Made by a program: the position numbers and the translations under genes
NCBI GenBank assembly: GCA_051362555.1
Contig: CM120641.1
Coordinates: 24,496,401-24,560,400, forward strand
Source of the DNA: Lingula anatina
Taxonomy: Eukaryota > Animalia > Brachiopoda
Direction of reading: 5' to 3'
DNA: 64,000 bases
Shown: positions 27,401 through 38,752 of the stretch, piece by piece
Layout of the letters: the number at the start of each line of letters is the position of its first letter
Position numbering within the stretch: position 1 is the first letter of the stretch
Notes under the pieces: generated by a model
Told to the model about the DNA's origin: nothing
What the model saw: only the letters and a program-made list of their open reading frames with translations
Database searches by the model: none

Positions 27401-30400
27401 TCCTCCACTAACAACTCTTCAATGATACCTGCAGCAGGGGCATGGACTGGGAGAGAAGTCTGTAAGTATTCAAAAGACATAATATACAAGTTATTGGAGA
27501 ACTATATAAGTTGGCAACATAAGCTCACCAATCCAAGGCAAAACACCAAAAGAACTCACTTTGGACAGGCAAAGTTACATGTCTAATTGGGCTACGTCAA
27601 ATTTAAGTGTTTGTTTTAGCTTATTTTTCAATTTGATAAAGTCTACCAGACTTACTGAACAGCAATCTATAAAGCTACTTTTTTCATTTCTCTGTCCACT
27701 TGTACTAGTAGACTTAAGAAACTCAGCAAAATAAAAATATGCTAGTTCCAATCAAATGTCACAATCTCAAGGTTGGAATATACAATAATTGTTTAAAAAA
27801 GTTACACTGGTATGATCTGCTTAATAACTCTAAAAAATACTAACTTTTGATTAGTTGAAAGCCAAGTACTCATCAATTGCCTCAGACCAATGGCTAAAGA
27901 ATTAGTATAAGGTGAAACCATAGCTTACTACTGACTTAAAGGAATTCGAATGTTACTGTTATTGTCCAGTCCAGGAAAAATAAGTAATAATGGCAACTGT
28001 GATGCAAAAATACAGCTGCAGTTATATGTCCCAGTGCCACAATGGGATGGATTTCAAAATACCTGATATCATAATAATGGGATTTTCAGAGAAAACCCAC
28101 AGAAACATATGGAAATGTTTGTTTGACATTAACCTGCCATCAGTCTTTTTCTCCCTCTCCCCTCCTTTTTTTTTTTTTTTTTTTTTGCTTGTTTAAAAAG
28201 ATGTGATCAAATAAACAATGAATTTTGCTTTGGACAGATTTTAAATTTATTCCAAACTATGAATAAATCTGCAAAAATCATAAAACAGTTTTCTTGTGCT
28301 AAAATATCCCTATGGCCATTAGCAAACAAACAACAAGCCAGCATAATACAAAACACATTCTCTTTCAGTTGCCAATGCAGGCTCACCTTGTCTGTTTCAA
28401 TCTCACCAACCACTTCATCCTCAGCCACTTGGTCACCCACAGCTATAAAATTATGGGGAAAAAATTACCAAAAAGAAAGGGCAATTCTCTGGAAAAAAAG
28501 TCTTGTACATTAAATCTAAGCTGTAGACAAACAGTACATACATGGTTTTGAAGACAATGGGAAAGAATAAGCCAATGACATATATTCAAAATGCTTTATG
28601 CATCAATGAAATGAAAAATTTCATCATTTCTTAATGCGATACATGACAAAAGTCTGAAGCAATGTTACAAATATTTCATCTTTTGTACCCAAATCCAAAG
28701 CATTCAAATATTTATAGGTCCATTGTGAAAAGACAAAATATTAAAGAATCAACATACCTTTCAAGTGTTCATACAATATTAAATTATTACCAATATTGGT
28801 ATTTCAATTTAAGAAAGATTTCCTTCAAGAGTGCAAAATATCATTACAACATAAATTTAAAATTCATTATGAACTTTTATCCAGCTATATCTGCTATTCA
28901 TTCCTTAATCATATCAATTAACCTACTCGGTTTTATGTAATAGATGGTGCTATTTTTTCCATCTTTAAAGGTCTAAGAATTTTGCACAGAAGCGATGAAA
29001 ATATAATCATCTGCAATTTAATTTCCTGTCTAATTTCACTAATGACTAATATCATGGAGCAATATTTAAATATCTCAGAAATGAAAAAAGATATTTAGTA
29101 ACATACTAAGCACTGCGCCGTCTTTTACAAACCCCCATATCCTGGTTTTTCTAAGTGCCCACATTAATAAAAAGTACCTGTATCTTTTTAATGTAAACTC
29201 ACCATCAGTTAAAATCATACAAAAACAACAATAATGCCACAGGAGCAAAAAAGAACTGAGTCAGAAAGGTGTTTAACAGAAACATTTTAACCTCCAACAA
29301 GCAGCTCAACAGTCAGTTGGCTAACAATTTGTACATCTAGAATCTTGTTCAGCAAAGAAGTGTGATGATCTGACCAGTTTGCTAGTGGAGTTCTTGGGTG
29401 AGTACTTTCTACTTTTTTTATGCATCACACACACAATCACAACACTGAAACACTGAAAATTGCCTTTGCATGAACCCACTAAATAAGCTTTATGCAAATT
29501 GTAGTGAAAATCACAAACACACAGAAACTTGAACCCACAGAGTAAGTGATTTACAGTGAACAGATTATCTAAATACCTCCCCCCCCCCCCTCCCACACAC
29601 ATACCAACCCCCTGCTCATTGACTTTGGCCAAAACCACTGTGAAAGTGATGTACTAGTATAGTGGATGTTTGCCCCCCTCCCTGTCCATCACAGATTCAC
29701 ACCTTCTAGTGTATAACTATAATTACCTTTCTCCCACCTGACATCTCCCTCTGTAACTGATTCTGCAAAAGGAGGGGTATTGACAACCCTGACCTCTGAC
29801 CCTGCAATCACACAAGACATAGCTTAAGATATAATTTGTCACACAACAGACAAAAAATGTTTCTCTTTTGAAAGTCAAAATTTAAAATATTTTACAGTAC
29901 GTTTTCTAACCTTATCATCAAGAAACAGCTATTTTAGCATTCATATAAATTGTTTGATGGGTTTTTTAACTCAGAATGACAAAATTTGCTAGTAAAATTA
30001 TTTCATTTCTGAATTTAAATCTTTGATCTCAGTAACTCATACAGAAGTGCACCTAAATGTCTACTTTTCATATACTTACACCGTGTTACTGACAGGTGGA
30101 AATTCCGACATACACCTGAAGTATGTGATTTTGGAGAGCCTGCATCTTTTGGTCTGAAGAAGAAAAACAAACAATAAATTTTTAATTACAATTATCATTC
30201 ACAAGCAAAACTACATATGTAGCATGCAAAGGGGTAATTCAATTAATTTAGAGATTTTTTGTGACTACGGTACTTACAATTATGTGACTAAAATATATGG
30301 TAAAAATTCAGTTTATAGCCTAATATCGACCAGTTTTGCAAATTTTGCATAGTCTATGCGGATCTGTTCAATTTTGAATCTGTTCACATCCCTGTGGAGC

Positions 30401-33400
30401 ATACAACCCAAGCAGCAGCATAAGAGATACTTAATAAAGGGATGAAACTGGCATTTAGTAAAAAAGTAAAAAAATATTGAGAGGGGTCCAGGGGGCCTAT
30501 GATAATTTTGTTCCCAAAAAGTGGGAAATCTGCTGATAGTTGGAAAAATATTATCCCGGTTAATATTATCATATACAATTATTGGCACTTCCATGAAGAG
30601 GTCTTAACCCTCTGTTTCATCCTCTGTACACAGACTGCTTATTGAGGAGACAGCAGGCACCATATATCCATAATAGCCTCTGGTATGACCTGGCCATGGA
30701 AAATGTGCCCAATGTCCTCCTGCGCCCAAGCTGAGCAGTGTACCAGCATACCAGGATATGGCATGTTTAAAACATTAAAACTTCATTGCCATAAAAACAC
30801 AGAAATTTAAGATCAGACATGGAGGCTTATAATGGTATGAGACAGAAATGAATTTCTGACGGGAAGAACTAGGTTAAACAAATGGTATAGATAAAACATA
30901 TAGAATGTGGTTATTATGACAATGGTCAGGGGCCGGTTTCACAAAGCAGTAGTTAGTTAGCGATCGGTAGTTAGCCTCTCGCTAGTTAGAGTGCCGTTTC
31001 ACGAAGCAGTCGCTAGTTCTCTCGCTCGTTATTGTCTCGTTGTTACCATGGATATTTAACGACTGGTCAGACCAGTCGCTAACTCAAGAGTTTCATCGTA
31101 CGCATGCGTAATGAGCGAAATAAAAAGGTTGCTTAGTTACCGTTGTCTGTCGTTTGTCTTTGTATCCAATATGGCGGCTACCTTTCTTGCTAACCGTACC
31201 GCCAGACGGCAACGTAGACTACGGCGTTTTCATGAAAGGCAGAATCTATTAGAATATACACACGATGATGCAATTTACGAGAGGTTGCGCCTAGCTGTGA
31301 CAAAAAGAGCGGCAAAAAGGTGGTGGAGATTCTTTACGACGACCTCCAAGCAGACGTTCTTATGCATTTCCAGCCACCAAAAATTGGAGAGTTAGTGCTT
31401 TCGTGACACTTTTACGCAAGAGTTCCACTTCCGGCAGACGGTTTCGAGACTACGGTGAGTAACGAGAGAACTACCGACCGAACTTTACGACTGAACTTAG
31501 CGATAAGTTAACTACTGCTTCGTGAAACACCCCTTGAAAATCGCTAAGTTTGCTCGTTAGCGAGGTAGTTCAGTAGTTAGTTGTTCTAACTAACTACTGC
31601 TTTGTGAAACCGGCCCCTGGACGTTTAAAGGTATGCCTTCTATGTTTAAAAGTTATCTTTCCAATATCTACATATCCTGCAAAGTTAACTTTTCTTTCCC
31701 AGTGTCTACGTCATTCAGATCTTAAAAACAATAAATCCCTTCAAATAAAAGGACCTGATGTCAAAATTTCTTTCTGAAATGTTAAGGAAGGCGTCAGTTT
31801 AAATTATTGGCCAGTCATTGAAATTACAGTTTAAATAATTACAGTTTAAATTATTGGCCAGTCATTGAAATTAAAGTATTTCAACAGAAATGTTATTAAA
31901 CATTGAATCCAACTGTACCCCTGGGCCGATTGAACAATGATCCCTGAGAAAAAGAGAAGTCCTTATTTTTGTGGAAAATTTAATTTGGCAAGAAAATCAC
32001 AAGTTAGATACTTTAAGGGTCTGTTCAGAAGGAGTTAGGTTGTAACATCACTGCACACTAACTCTACAGGGACTCTGGCTGAATGAAATCAGATTAACAG
32101 ACCAACATGCCTCCTCCTGGTTTTTAGTAAAATACAGAGAAGCTGGTAATCATAGATTATATGAGTATGTTGTAAACAAGAGGCAGCATATTAATCTGAA
32201 CACCTCATAGTATCAATATCTCAGCAACCACAATAGTCCAGGCTATCTATGGTTTGAGGTCAAAGTAATTGCAATAGTTTTTATTTTACCACAGTGCTTT
32301 TGTAAGAAGTCCTCAAAATGACATACTAAAAGTCCTAAGGAATCCTAGCATGGGAAATATGAAAAAATCCAAGATGGCTGCCAATTCCATAGTTATAAAT
32401 GGGTATCTACTACAACCAGGGAGAAAAAGTGCCCAATATCAAATTTAAATTGCTTTTCAGCATTTTCTATAACTTCAGTACCTTTATAATATGTATATGT
32501 TGGCAGAAATATGTGTATCCTATGGCAATTTGAGAAAATCCAAGACAGCTGCCATTTCCCACAGTAATTTATGTGCTTCAGCTACATAAGTATATGCTTG
32601 GAGGAAAAGTGTTCATTATAAAATCAAGTTTGACTTACATTGCTCTCCACATTGTTATTAGACCTATAATATATATCTTGTTGGTATCTAGTACATATTC
32701 CTTGAACATTTTTGAAAAAAAAAATCCAACATGGCCACCATTTACCATACTATTACATTAACTACTGTCAGGAATTTATTGTCCATTAACAAATATAGTT
32801 TGATTCTGAGTATTTTTTACACCCTTGTTACACACACATAGAATATAATTTAATTATAGTGTGGAGAGTAACAAGTATGTTTTCCTAGGTATTTGAATAA
32901 AACTTGGCCGCCATTTGCTATACGAATACTGCATATCGTTTCTTAGTTTTCATAACATCCTTAATACCCACATGATATTTATCCTGTGGGGAACAAACAT
33001 GTTACCTTGGGTTTGCAAGGAAATCCAAGATGGCCACCATTTCCTTCGAAAAACTAGTACATAGGTTACAATTACTGCCAGCAAAACAAAGATTTCATTA
33101 TTGTATGTAATAGACTTTAGTCTGTTTCTCATTATTTAAATCCTTCTATCTCCCCTATGATGCGGGTATGTTAAAAGCGTATATCTTTGAGAACTTTGAG
33201 AAAAAAGATGACCACCATGTGCTTTAGGAAATGAGGATATACTAGTTTTCCTGATATAATTGGTAGTCACCTAGCAGTTTTCTCATAAAACCCCAAGTGA
33301 AGGATATGAGAAAACACTGACAAACAAAACTAATTTGATATTGAACTCATATCTCCCTTGCAACAATTGAAACCCAATGTACTACTATTCCTAAGGTTAA

Positions 33401-34770
33401 TAACAGCCACTTGTTATCCAGCAGATATGCACACAGAAGAAATAAGAATAAGTAAAAACTGGAAAACAACACTAAGTTATGGTACTTTTAGTATGTCATT
33501 TTGGGGAGTTCAAAGGAAAGTATTGTGGTAAAATAAAAACTGCTGCAATTACTTTGAGGTTTGGCCCTAAAATGGCTTAGATTACCTGGACTATAATATG
33601 AATTTATTTCTTTGCCTCCTGTTAAAACATTTATGTGAAAAAAATTATATGATCACCTTGATGAGAGGACCAAGTTTCTGCTCTTCAAAGGTTCTGAAAA
33701 ATTTTAAATGCAAATATGACACGTGCTGTAAATTAGTGGAATAATGTCCCCTACTTCTCAGAAAATGCTATCAATGTGCAACAAACACTTATCTCTTGCT
33801 TTAATTCTGGGTTGATATAAACAATCAAATCATAGGGCGTGTAGAATCAAGATAGGATACTCATTATACTTAATCTTTAACTTGCACTTCATGATTTTAA
33901 ATAGCAGAGATCTTTCTTAACAATTATTCTACATTCAAAAATTATCTCTTACCAACAGATATGCGACTTCGGTTCCTAATACAAGTGACCAATATCTAAA
34001 AAGTAAAAGGAGAATGATTGAGAAATGCATTTAAGAACAAATGTTTTTCTGATAGACCATAATGCATAGATGATGATATGAAACATATACCTACTGGTCC
34101 ATAATGAGATCTAGGGCCTGGAGACTGTAATTAGTAATTATTTCAGGTTTATTATACAAATATACATTATTCATAATTCTTCGAAATGGCTGTGATAAAG
34201 CATGAACTAAATCTGTAACAATTAAACTACTGAGAAACACCTCTCAATATTATTTCATCCATTACCTTAACCCTCACACTGCCCAAAACGCTTGAGAGTC
34301 TTTGTGGTTTTTCAATTTATGCACCCGATTTTTAAATCATATAGCAATTTCACGACAATCGTTTTCTAACTAAGCAAGGTTGAAGGTGACAGCCGAGCGT
34401 TAAGATGTTATTAATGTTGTCTCACCAACATCGACAGTTTAGATATCAAAAAAGGAATAAATTGAAGTGCTATACGATAGCCAAAACCTATTTATAACCA
34501 AACTGAAATTATTTCATCACATTTAGATCTATATGCAATAACATTAACACGAGAGTCGAGAAAATAATATCAAAGTGTAAAACTTCAGTGAATGAGTAAT
34601 TTTCTGTGACTTTATCGATAAGCGGGTGTAAGGTATACATAGTTACCCCCAACCCTCTTGATATTTAGTTACTTTTAATTTACCTTTTCTTTTTCCACAA
34701 CCTGTCTACCTGTCAGAAACTTGGAGATACTTTGTGGTAGCCGACGACTGGACGCCAGAAAGGTAGCCAT
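18248..34770 (-). CDS. DLST: Dihydrolipoyllysine-residue succinyltransferase (E2 of the 2-oxoglutarate dehydrogenase complex), mitochondrial, 13 exons, about 472 aa
   Basis: Exons 5'->3' on minus: 34770-34684, 33995-33953, 33693-33657, 30153-30080, 29801-29727, 28442-28387, 27459-27351, 21884-21631, 21388-21291, 21059-20861, 20009-19926, 19488-19321 and 18382-18248. All introns are GT-AG and the 1419-nt frame is open. Arg/Ser-rich transit peptide ([12 protein letters not shown]...[10 protein letters not shown]); lipoyl domain [10 protein letters not shown]...EIETDKT; Pro/Ala linker; catalytic domain [56 protein letters not shown]. Small exons 2-3 are the least certain. Confidence 0.95.
20422..20465. 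repeat. (CA)n microsatellite
   Basis: Directly visible. Confidence 0.95.
20705..20775 (-). mobile_element. 3' terminal fragment of an RTE-clade LINE
   Basis: The minus strand reads [22 protein letters not shown] followed by a taag/tacg tail, resembling the typical RTE ORF C-terminus (QDRxxWRxLVxGLCS). Confidence 0.6.
21064..21096. repeat. (AAT)n microsatellite at the DLST exon 10 acceptor
   Basis: Directly visible. Confidence 0.95.
22241..22457. mobile_element. PIF/Harbinger-like MITE (about 217 bp)
   Basis: Imperfect TIRs GGGTGCTTTCCCAGAGATTTAGATCGATCTA and TAGATCGATCTAAAAATCTATGGAAATGGGG. It is absent from the paralogous site in the downstream duplicate (23431-23450). Confidence 0.7.
23227..23314. 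repeat. (AAAT)n microsatellite
   Basis: Directly visible. Confidence 0.95.
24060..26250 (+). mobile_element. Degenerate DIRS-like (Ngaro-type) tyrosine-recombinase retrotransposon in DLST intron 7
   Basis: Frameshifted remnants in the expected order: gag ([25 protein letters not shown]), RT C-terminus (FLGYSLNL), RNase H ([35 protein letters not shown]), methyltransferase-like domain ([10 protein letters not shown]...GVDAFT...NVPPF), and YR N-terminus (HIALYIS...[12 protein letters not shown]). Most of RT and the YR catalytic domain are missing. Confidence 0.85.
30927..31619 (+). mobile_element. Non-autonomous PIF/Harbinger DNA transposon with a transposase 5' remnant
   Basis: Perfect inverted termini CAGGGGCCGGTTTCACAAAGCAGTAGTTAGTTAG and CTAACTAACTACTGCTTTGTGAAACCGGCCCCTG. 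Internal HARBI1-like N-terminus ([24 protein letters not shown]...RRSYAFP, frameshifted). CpG-rich relative to the host intron. Confidence 0.88.
31795..31873. repeat. Short direct duplication (32 bp x2 with a partial copy between)
   Basis: CAGTTTAAATTATTGGCCAGTCATTGAAATTA at 31795 and 31842. Confidence 0.85.
32234..33593. mobile_element. Old non-autonomous TIR DNA transposon, Academ-like
   Basis: About 110-bp degenerate TIRs starting TAGTCCAGG and ending CCTGGACTA. At least 5 internal copies of AAATCCAAGATGGCYRCC-like motifs. Flanks are caa/taa. The superfamily call rests only on the TAG termini and subterminal motifs. Confidence 0.6.
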
Positions 34771-35046
34771 TTTAGCAATAACGTGGTTTGTCTGCGCGTG
34801 CGTAGTAGGCCAACAAAAGTAGGTCATGACTTCCTAACTTTCGTTCTAACATGATCACTTCAATGACCAAACAGCGTTGGTCTTTTGTACTTTTCCAGAT
34901 TTGTCATTTTAATCGGATCGCTTTATTTGGTCTTTGAAGTATTTTTTGGTCATTTGGAAGTTGGCGACATGACTAGTATAGACAAACCTAGCCTATACGG
35001 AAACCGATGTCGCACTCTCAGACCGCCTTGACAAAAACAGGAAAAG
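34770..35046. promoter_or_regulatory. CpG-rich divergent promoter region of DLST with a candidate non-coding first exon of prospero
   Basis: Local CpG enrichment (about 34250-35300) between two CpG-poor domains. NRF1-like TGCGCGTGCGTA at 34793-34804. Plus-strand donor AAAAG|GTACAT at 35046/35047, with a matching acceptor tttcag| at 43647 upstream of the Prox ATG. Confidence 0.55.
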
Positions 35047-36370
35047 GTACATGTACTCAGTACTTGTACTTCACGTTATAGACTGGTACTGTTCGTTTTT
35101 CTGTACATGACTTTCGGTGTTTTGTGATGATTTTAAACGCATAGATTTTCAGTCAAACAACAACGTACTAAAACTATTCAGAGGGATATTGGATTATACT
35201 ACCCGGTAGTCGCTTCTCACTTTTTAATCTGTAGAAATTTATGGGCAAAAATACTTGATTTCGTTAGAAAAAATAAAACGACAAAAATCGATCTTCTTAA
35301 AACACATGACAAGAGAAGGAAAATGTTATAAATGATTAAGATAAATTTTAAATGAATAAAAGAGTAAATGAAACATTTTCTGAATATTCATGTAAATTTA
35401 GACAAAGTACAGTAGCTATATACACTGTATGCTGGTACCATCAATGGATAATCTACATGTATATAGCCTCGATTTTACAAGAAAATGAAAGTAGAAAACT
35501 AACACAGACAAACATACATGAAACTACAATTAATGTACATGTAGAATAATTTTAATTAGGTGACAACACCACAACGTTGATAGTTCTGAGAGATCAGTAT
35601 CAATTTCCACCAATAAATAAATGAAATAAAATAAAATAAAAATAATAAAAAACAAGTAATTTTTACAGGTGGTTCTGCTAAATTAAGATATCTTGCCTAT
35701 GTTTATATTTTTATCCTGCAAAGCTTCTTATCTTTGCCAATGCAAACCTCCAAAAAGTTTATCCGAATCCTGCTTTATTTTCTTCTGAGCTTTAGATCCT
35801 TGCAAGGTTCAAACCATGGCATGTTTATTAACACTGGATATCATTGCTGGGGTTTGTTGTATCTTGGACATAATAATCATTATTATGTCCAAGGTTGTAT
35901 ATACCTTAACAGAAATGAGGTCCCTATATCATGTCTGGTGATAAACAAGAATGAAAATCAGCAACCTTAAATTTTGTGTAGCAGTTTTTAAAATATATTT
36001 ATATATTGATTTAAATGAATCTAAAAATAACTATAAAAATAATGGGTAGCATGAGATTAATGTTAATGTTAAGGTTGCCAAGTACAGGTACGTGGTCATA
36101 GAAATAGCCAGTTTCACATTGAAAAAATTTGCACTTTTTTAGGCTTAGTATTGCCCCCCATGTAACTCTTTAATTTTCAATAACTTTCAAATGTTGTAGA
36201 GCTTGAAGGTTAAATTAAAAAAAGACAAAAAGTTAAATTTCTAAACTAATTTTTTGAATAGCTGAGACCTTATCAAAGTCACCACATAATTTTGATCAAC
36301 ATTAAATATTTGATTTAAAGGGTTTGGGATTAAATTAAGCTCCAGGGTTTAATTGCTAGATCCCTGCAAG

Positions 36371-37284
36371 GACAGTGCATGCAGAGGCGGGAAGATTATC
36401 AGCAGCTCTTTCATGTAGGGTCCACCATATTTGATCCGTGGATCAGTAGATCCGAGGATTATCTGTTGTGCATGCCCTCTAAGTTTAAAATAAGAATCAG
36501 TATGATCTGTTGATAAAATAATATGATATAATAAAATATATTGTACTCATTGAAATCTGTGTTGCTGCTTAATAAAAAATGGTTTTGCTGGTATTTCTGG
36601 TAGAGATTGTTTTGAGGGACAATCGCGCTTAGTTACAGGCATTTGGCTATCACCAATGATTCCAATTGTAACAGCTTGGCACAACTCAACCATGAGTAAA
36701 ACACAATGTCAACTTCCAACCTAACACAATTGAAGTCATTATCCCAATCCATTCACCATCTAAATGCAAATAATGCACTCATTTTGGAAGCATTATTGTG
36801 TAACCTTAGAAGTTAACTGAAAATGCTTTCTGTCTTTTATTTCAGAAATTTAGAACAAACATTCCTTGTTTCTGTTTTAAACATCATAAGTATGCTGGGT
36901 TAACATGATTTCAAAACATTTTTACATCTGTGAAATCATAATATAAACTTTTTTGCCTTCACATTTTTGAGTCATATCAACTGGGATTTGATATACAGTG
37001 ATTAGATTAAGATCAGTTGGATTGAAATGAATTTTCAATACAAAGCAGCCTAAACTATGTTGAGAATGTCAGTCTTGCTGAATTTTAGAATTAATGTATT
37101 ATTATTATTATGAGGAATATAAAGTGCCTGCTAAAAAAAAAAAAAAAAAAAAAAAAAAAATGAAGGAGACTGCTTATTTTGGAAACAGAATATTTTTAAA
37201 TCAAAAGTGCCTCAGACACATCTAAAGTAAAAAATTCTAACACACCTGAGCTGTCATTCTAGGTTCGCCTCTGCATGCACTGTC
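36371..37284. mobile_element. Degenerate TIR element with CAGTG termini (hAT-like?)
   Basis: Perfect 19-bp inverted repeat GACAGTGCATGCAGAGGCG / CGCCTCTGCATGCACTGTC about 900 bp apart. No TSD or coding remnant recognised. Confidence 0.5.
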
Positions 37285-38262
37285 AATGTTCTTCCTCGAA
37301 AAAATGATGCAAAAATAAATTGCAACTTTATATGTAAGAATTACTTATTCAAAACCCACATTGTTCCAAAGAAACTATATTCCAATGTGTAGATATTGGA
37401 TCTTAGATTATAATCATTCCGTATTGTCTGTTGCTTCATTATATCTGAACAGGCTGATAGACACAGCTATATAAAATTTATGTTTCTCATTTAGAGTAAG
37501 AGGTAAAAAAAAAAGTGAGCTAGATATTTTCATTTGATTATTTCAAAAAGGTATGACAACATTAGAATTTTTGTATTAAGTTATCCTGTTTGTTTTTGAA
37601 TATTGACTTTCAGCCATTTGAGAGTTCCCTGTATTTGAAAATTAAAATTCACATTATCCCTCGTAATTTGAAAAACTGAATATAATGCCCATTTTGAGCT
37701 GGGTGCACTTTGTATTTGACAACAACATTGGAAACCATGTCTCTTGAAAGCTGAGTGCATATTGATACAGGTGATATCATTCCTTCTAGACAATTTAGTT
37801 GTGCTATATTTGGCAGCTTCTACTATTATTCAGTAAGAGTAAACTGTGAAGGAGTAAAATATATTATTGATTCAAAGATGGGAAATGTTGATGTTATTAA
37901 ACACAGTAATCCATTTTAAATATCCATTTTGTGGTACAGCTTTACCTTTTGTTTGATAGCTCCAAGTTTTGAAATGGGTAAATCTGCACTATGGATGGGT
38001 AATTAGAATCCCCAAGGTTTAAAACAAATCTGTTGTGACTTGTGAAGATGAAGAGCAAATTATCAGTAAGCATCAGCACTTTATAAGATAAAAAATTGCA
38101 CGAAAAAAAAAAAAACCCTTTTAATTCTGTTTAAATTTATAAGTGTTCTGTCACAGGCTTAGATATTTTGGTCATCCAAGGAACATGATTTCAGTAAGTC
38201 CATAAAGTGACACTTGATTCACCAAAACTAAGAAATGAAGACTGAAATTCTCTTCACATTTA

Positions 38263-38472
38263 AAACCCCCTTTACACTGGATGGCGTCCTTTCAGCGTCC
38301 TTTGTGTGACCATGAAACTGGCATCGCTGTTGTCGTAAAAAGGAGTCACAAGCATTGCTTTGGTTGGAAAATGAATGCTCAATGATCGGCCAGTTGTCTG
38401 CACTTTAAGTATTATTGTTTTAATACTCTAAAATGGGACAAGAACGTACGCCGTCCAGTGTAAATGGGGTTT
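38263..38472. mobile_element. PIF/Harbinger-like MITE
   Basis: 25-bp TIRs AAACCCCCTTTACACTGGATGGCGT and ACGCCGTCCAGTGTAAATGGGGTTT in a TAA/TTA context. Confidence 0.75.
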
Positions 38473-38473
38473 A

Positions 38474-38752
38474 GGCCCTTTTCATATCAAGCAGTACACT
38501 TAACTGGATCGGTCCACTTTGTGAGATTGACAACTAAATAGCCTGGCTATTATATAAGAAACTCACCTAAATGGAACCCCCATGTCCCCCATGGCCAATT
38601 AATTAGCTTAACTAAACAGGAGGAGTAAATTTGTGGAGATTTTGAGAAAACGAATAAAATGGGTAAAACCTCCTCTAGCATAATAGCATGTTAGGACCTA
38701 ACTCTCAAAGTGGATCAGTTCAGTTCGGTATACTGCTCGATTTGATAGTCGT
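38474..38752. mobile_element. Second MITE directly abutting the first
   Basis: About 45-bp degenerate TIRs TCATATCAAGCAGTACACTTAACTGGATCGGTCCACTTTGTGAG and CTCTCAAAGTGGATCAGTTCAGTTCGGTATACTGCTCGATTTGA. Confidence 0.65.

Noticed and set aside
30278-30287. 10-nt microexon candidate for DLST exon 3 (ttttag|TCACATAATT|gtaagt on minus)
   Set aside because: It has the right length class but introduces an in-frame TAA. The 37-nt exon at 33693-33657 restores the frame cleanly.
31170-31190. MAATFLA in the Harbinger remnant resembling the DLST N-terminus MATFLA
   Set aside because: A short coincidental match on the opposite strand; the downstream sequence is transposase-like.
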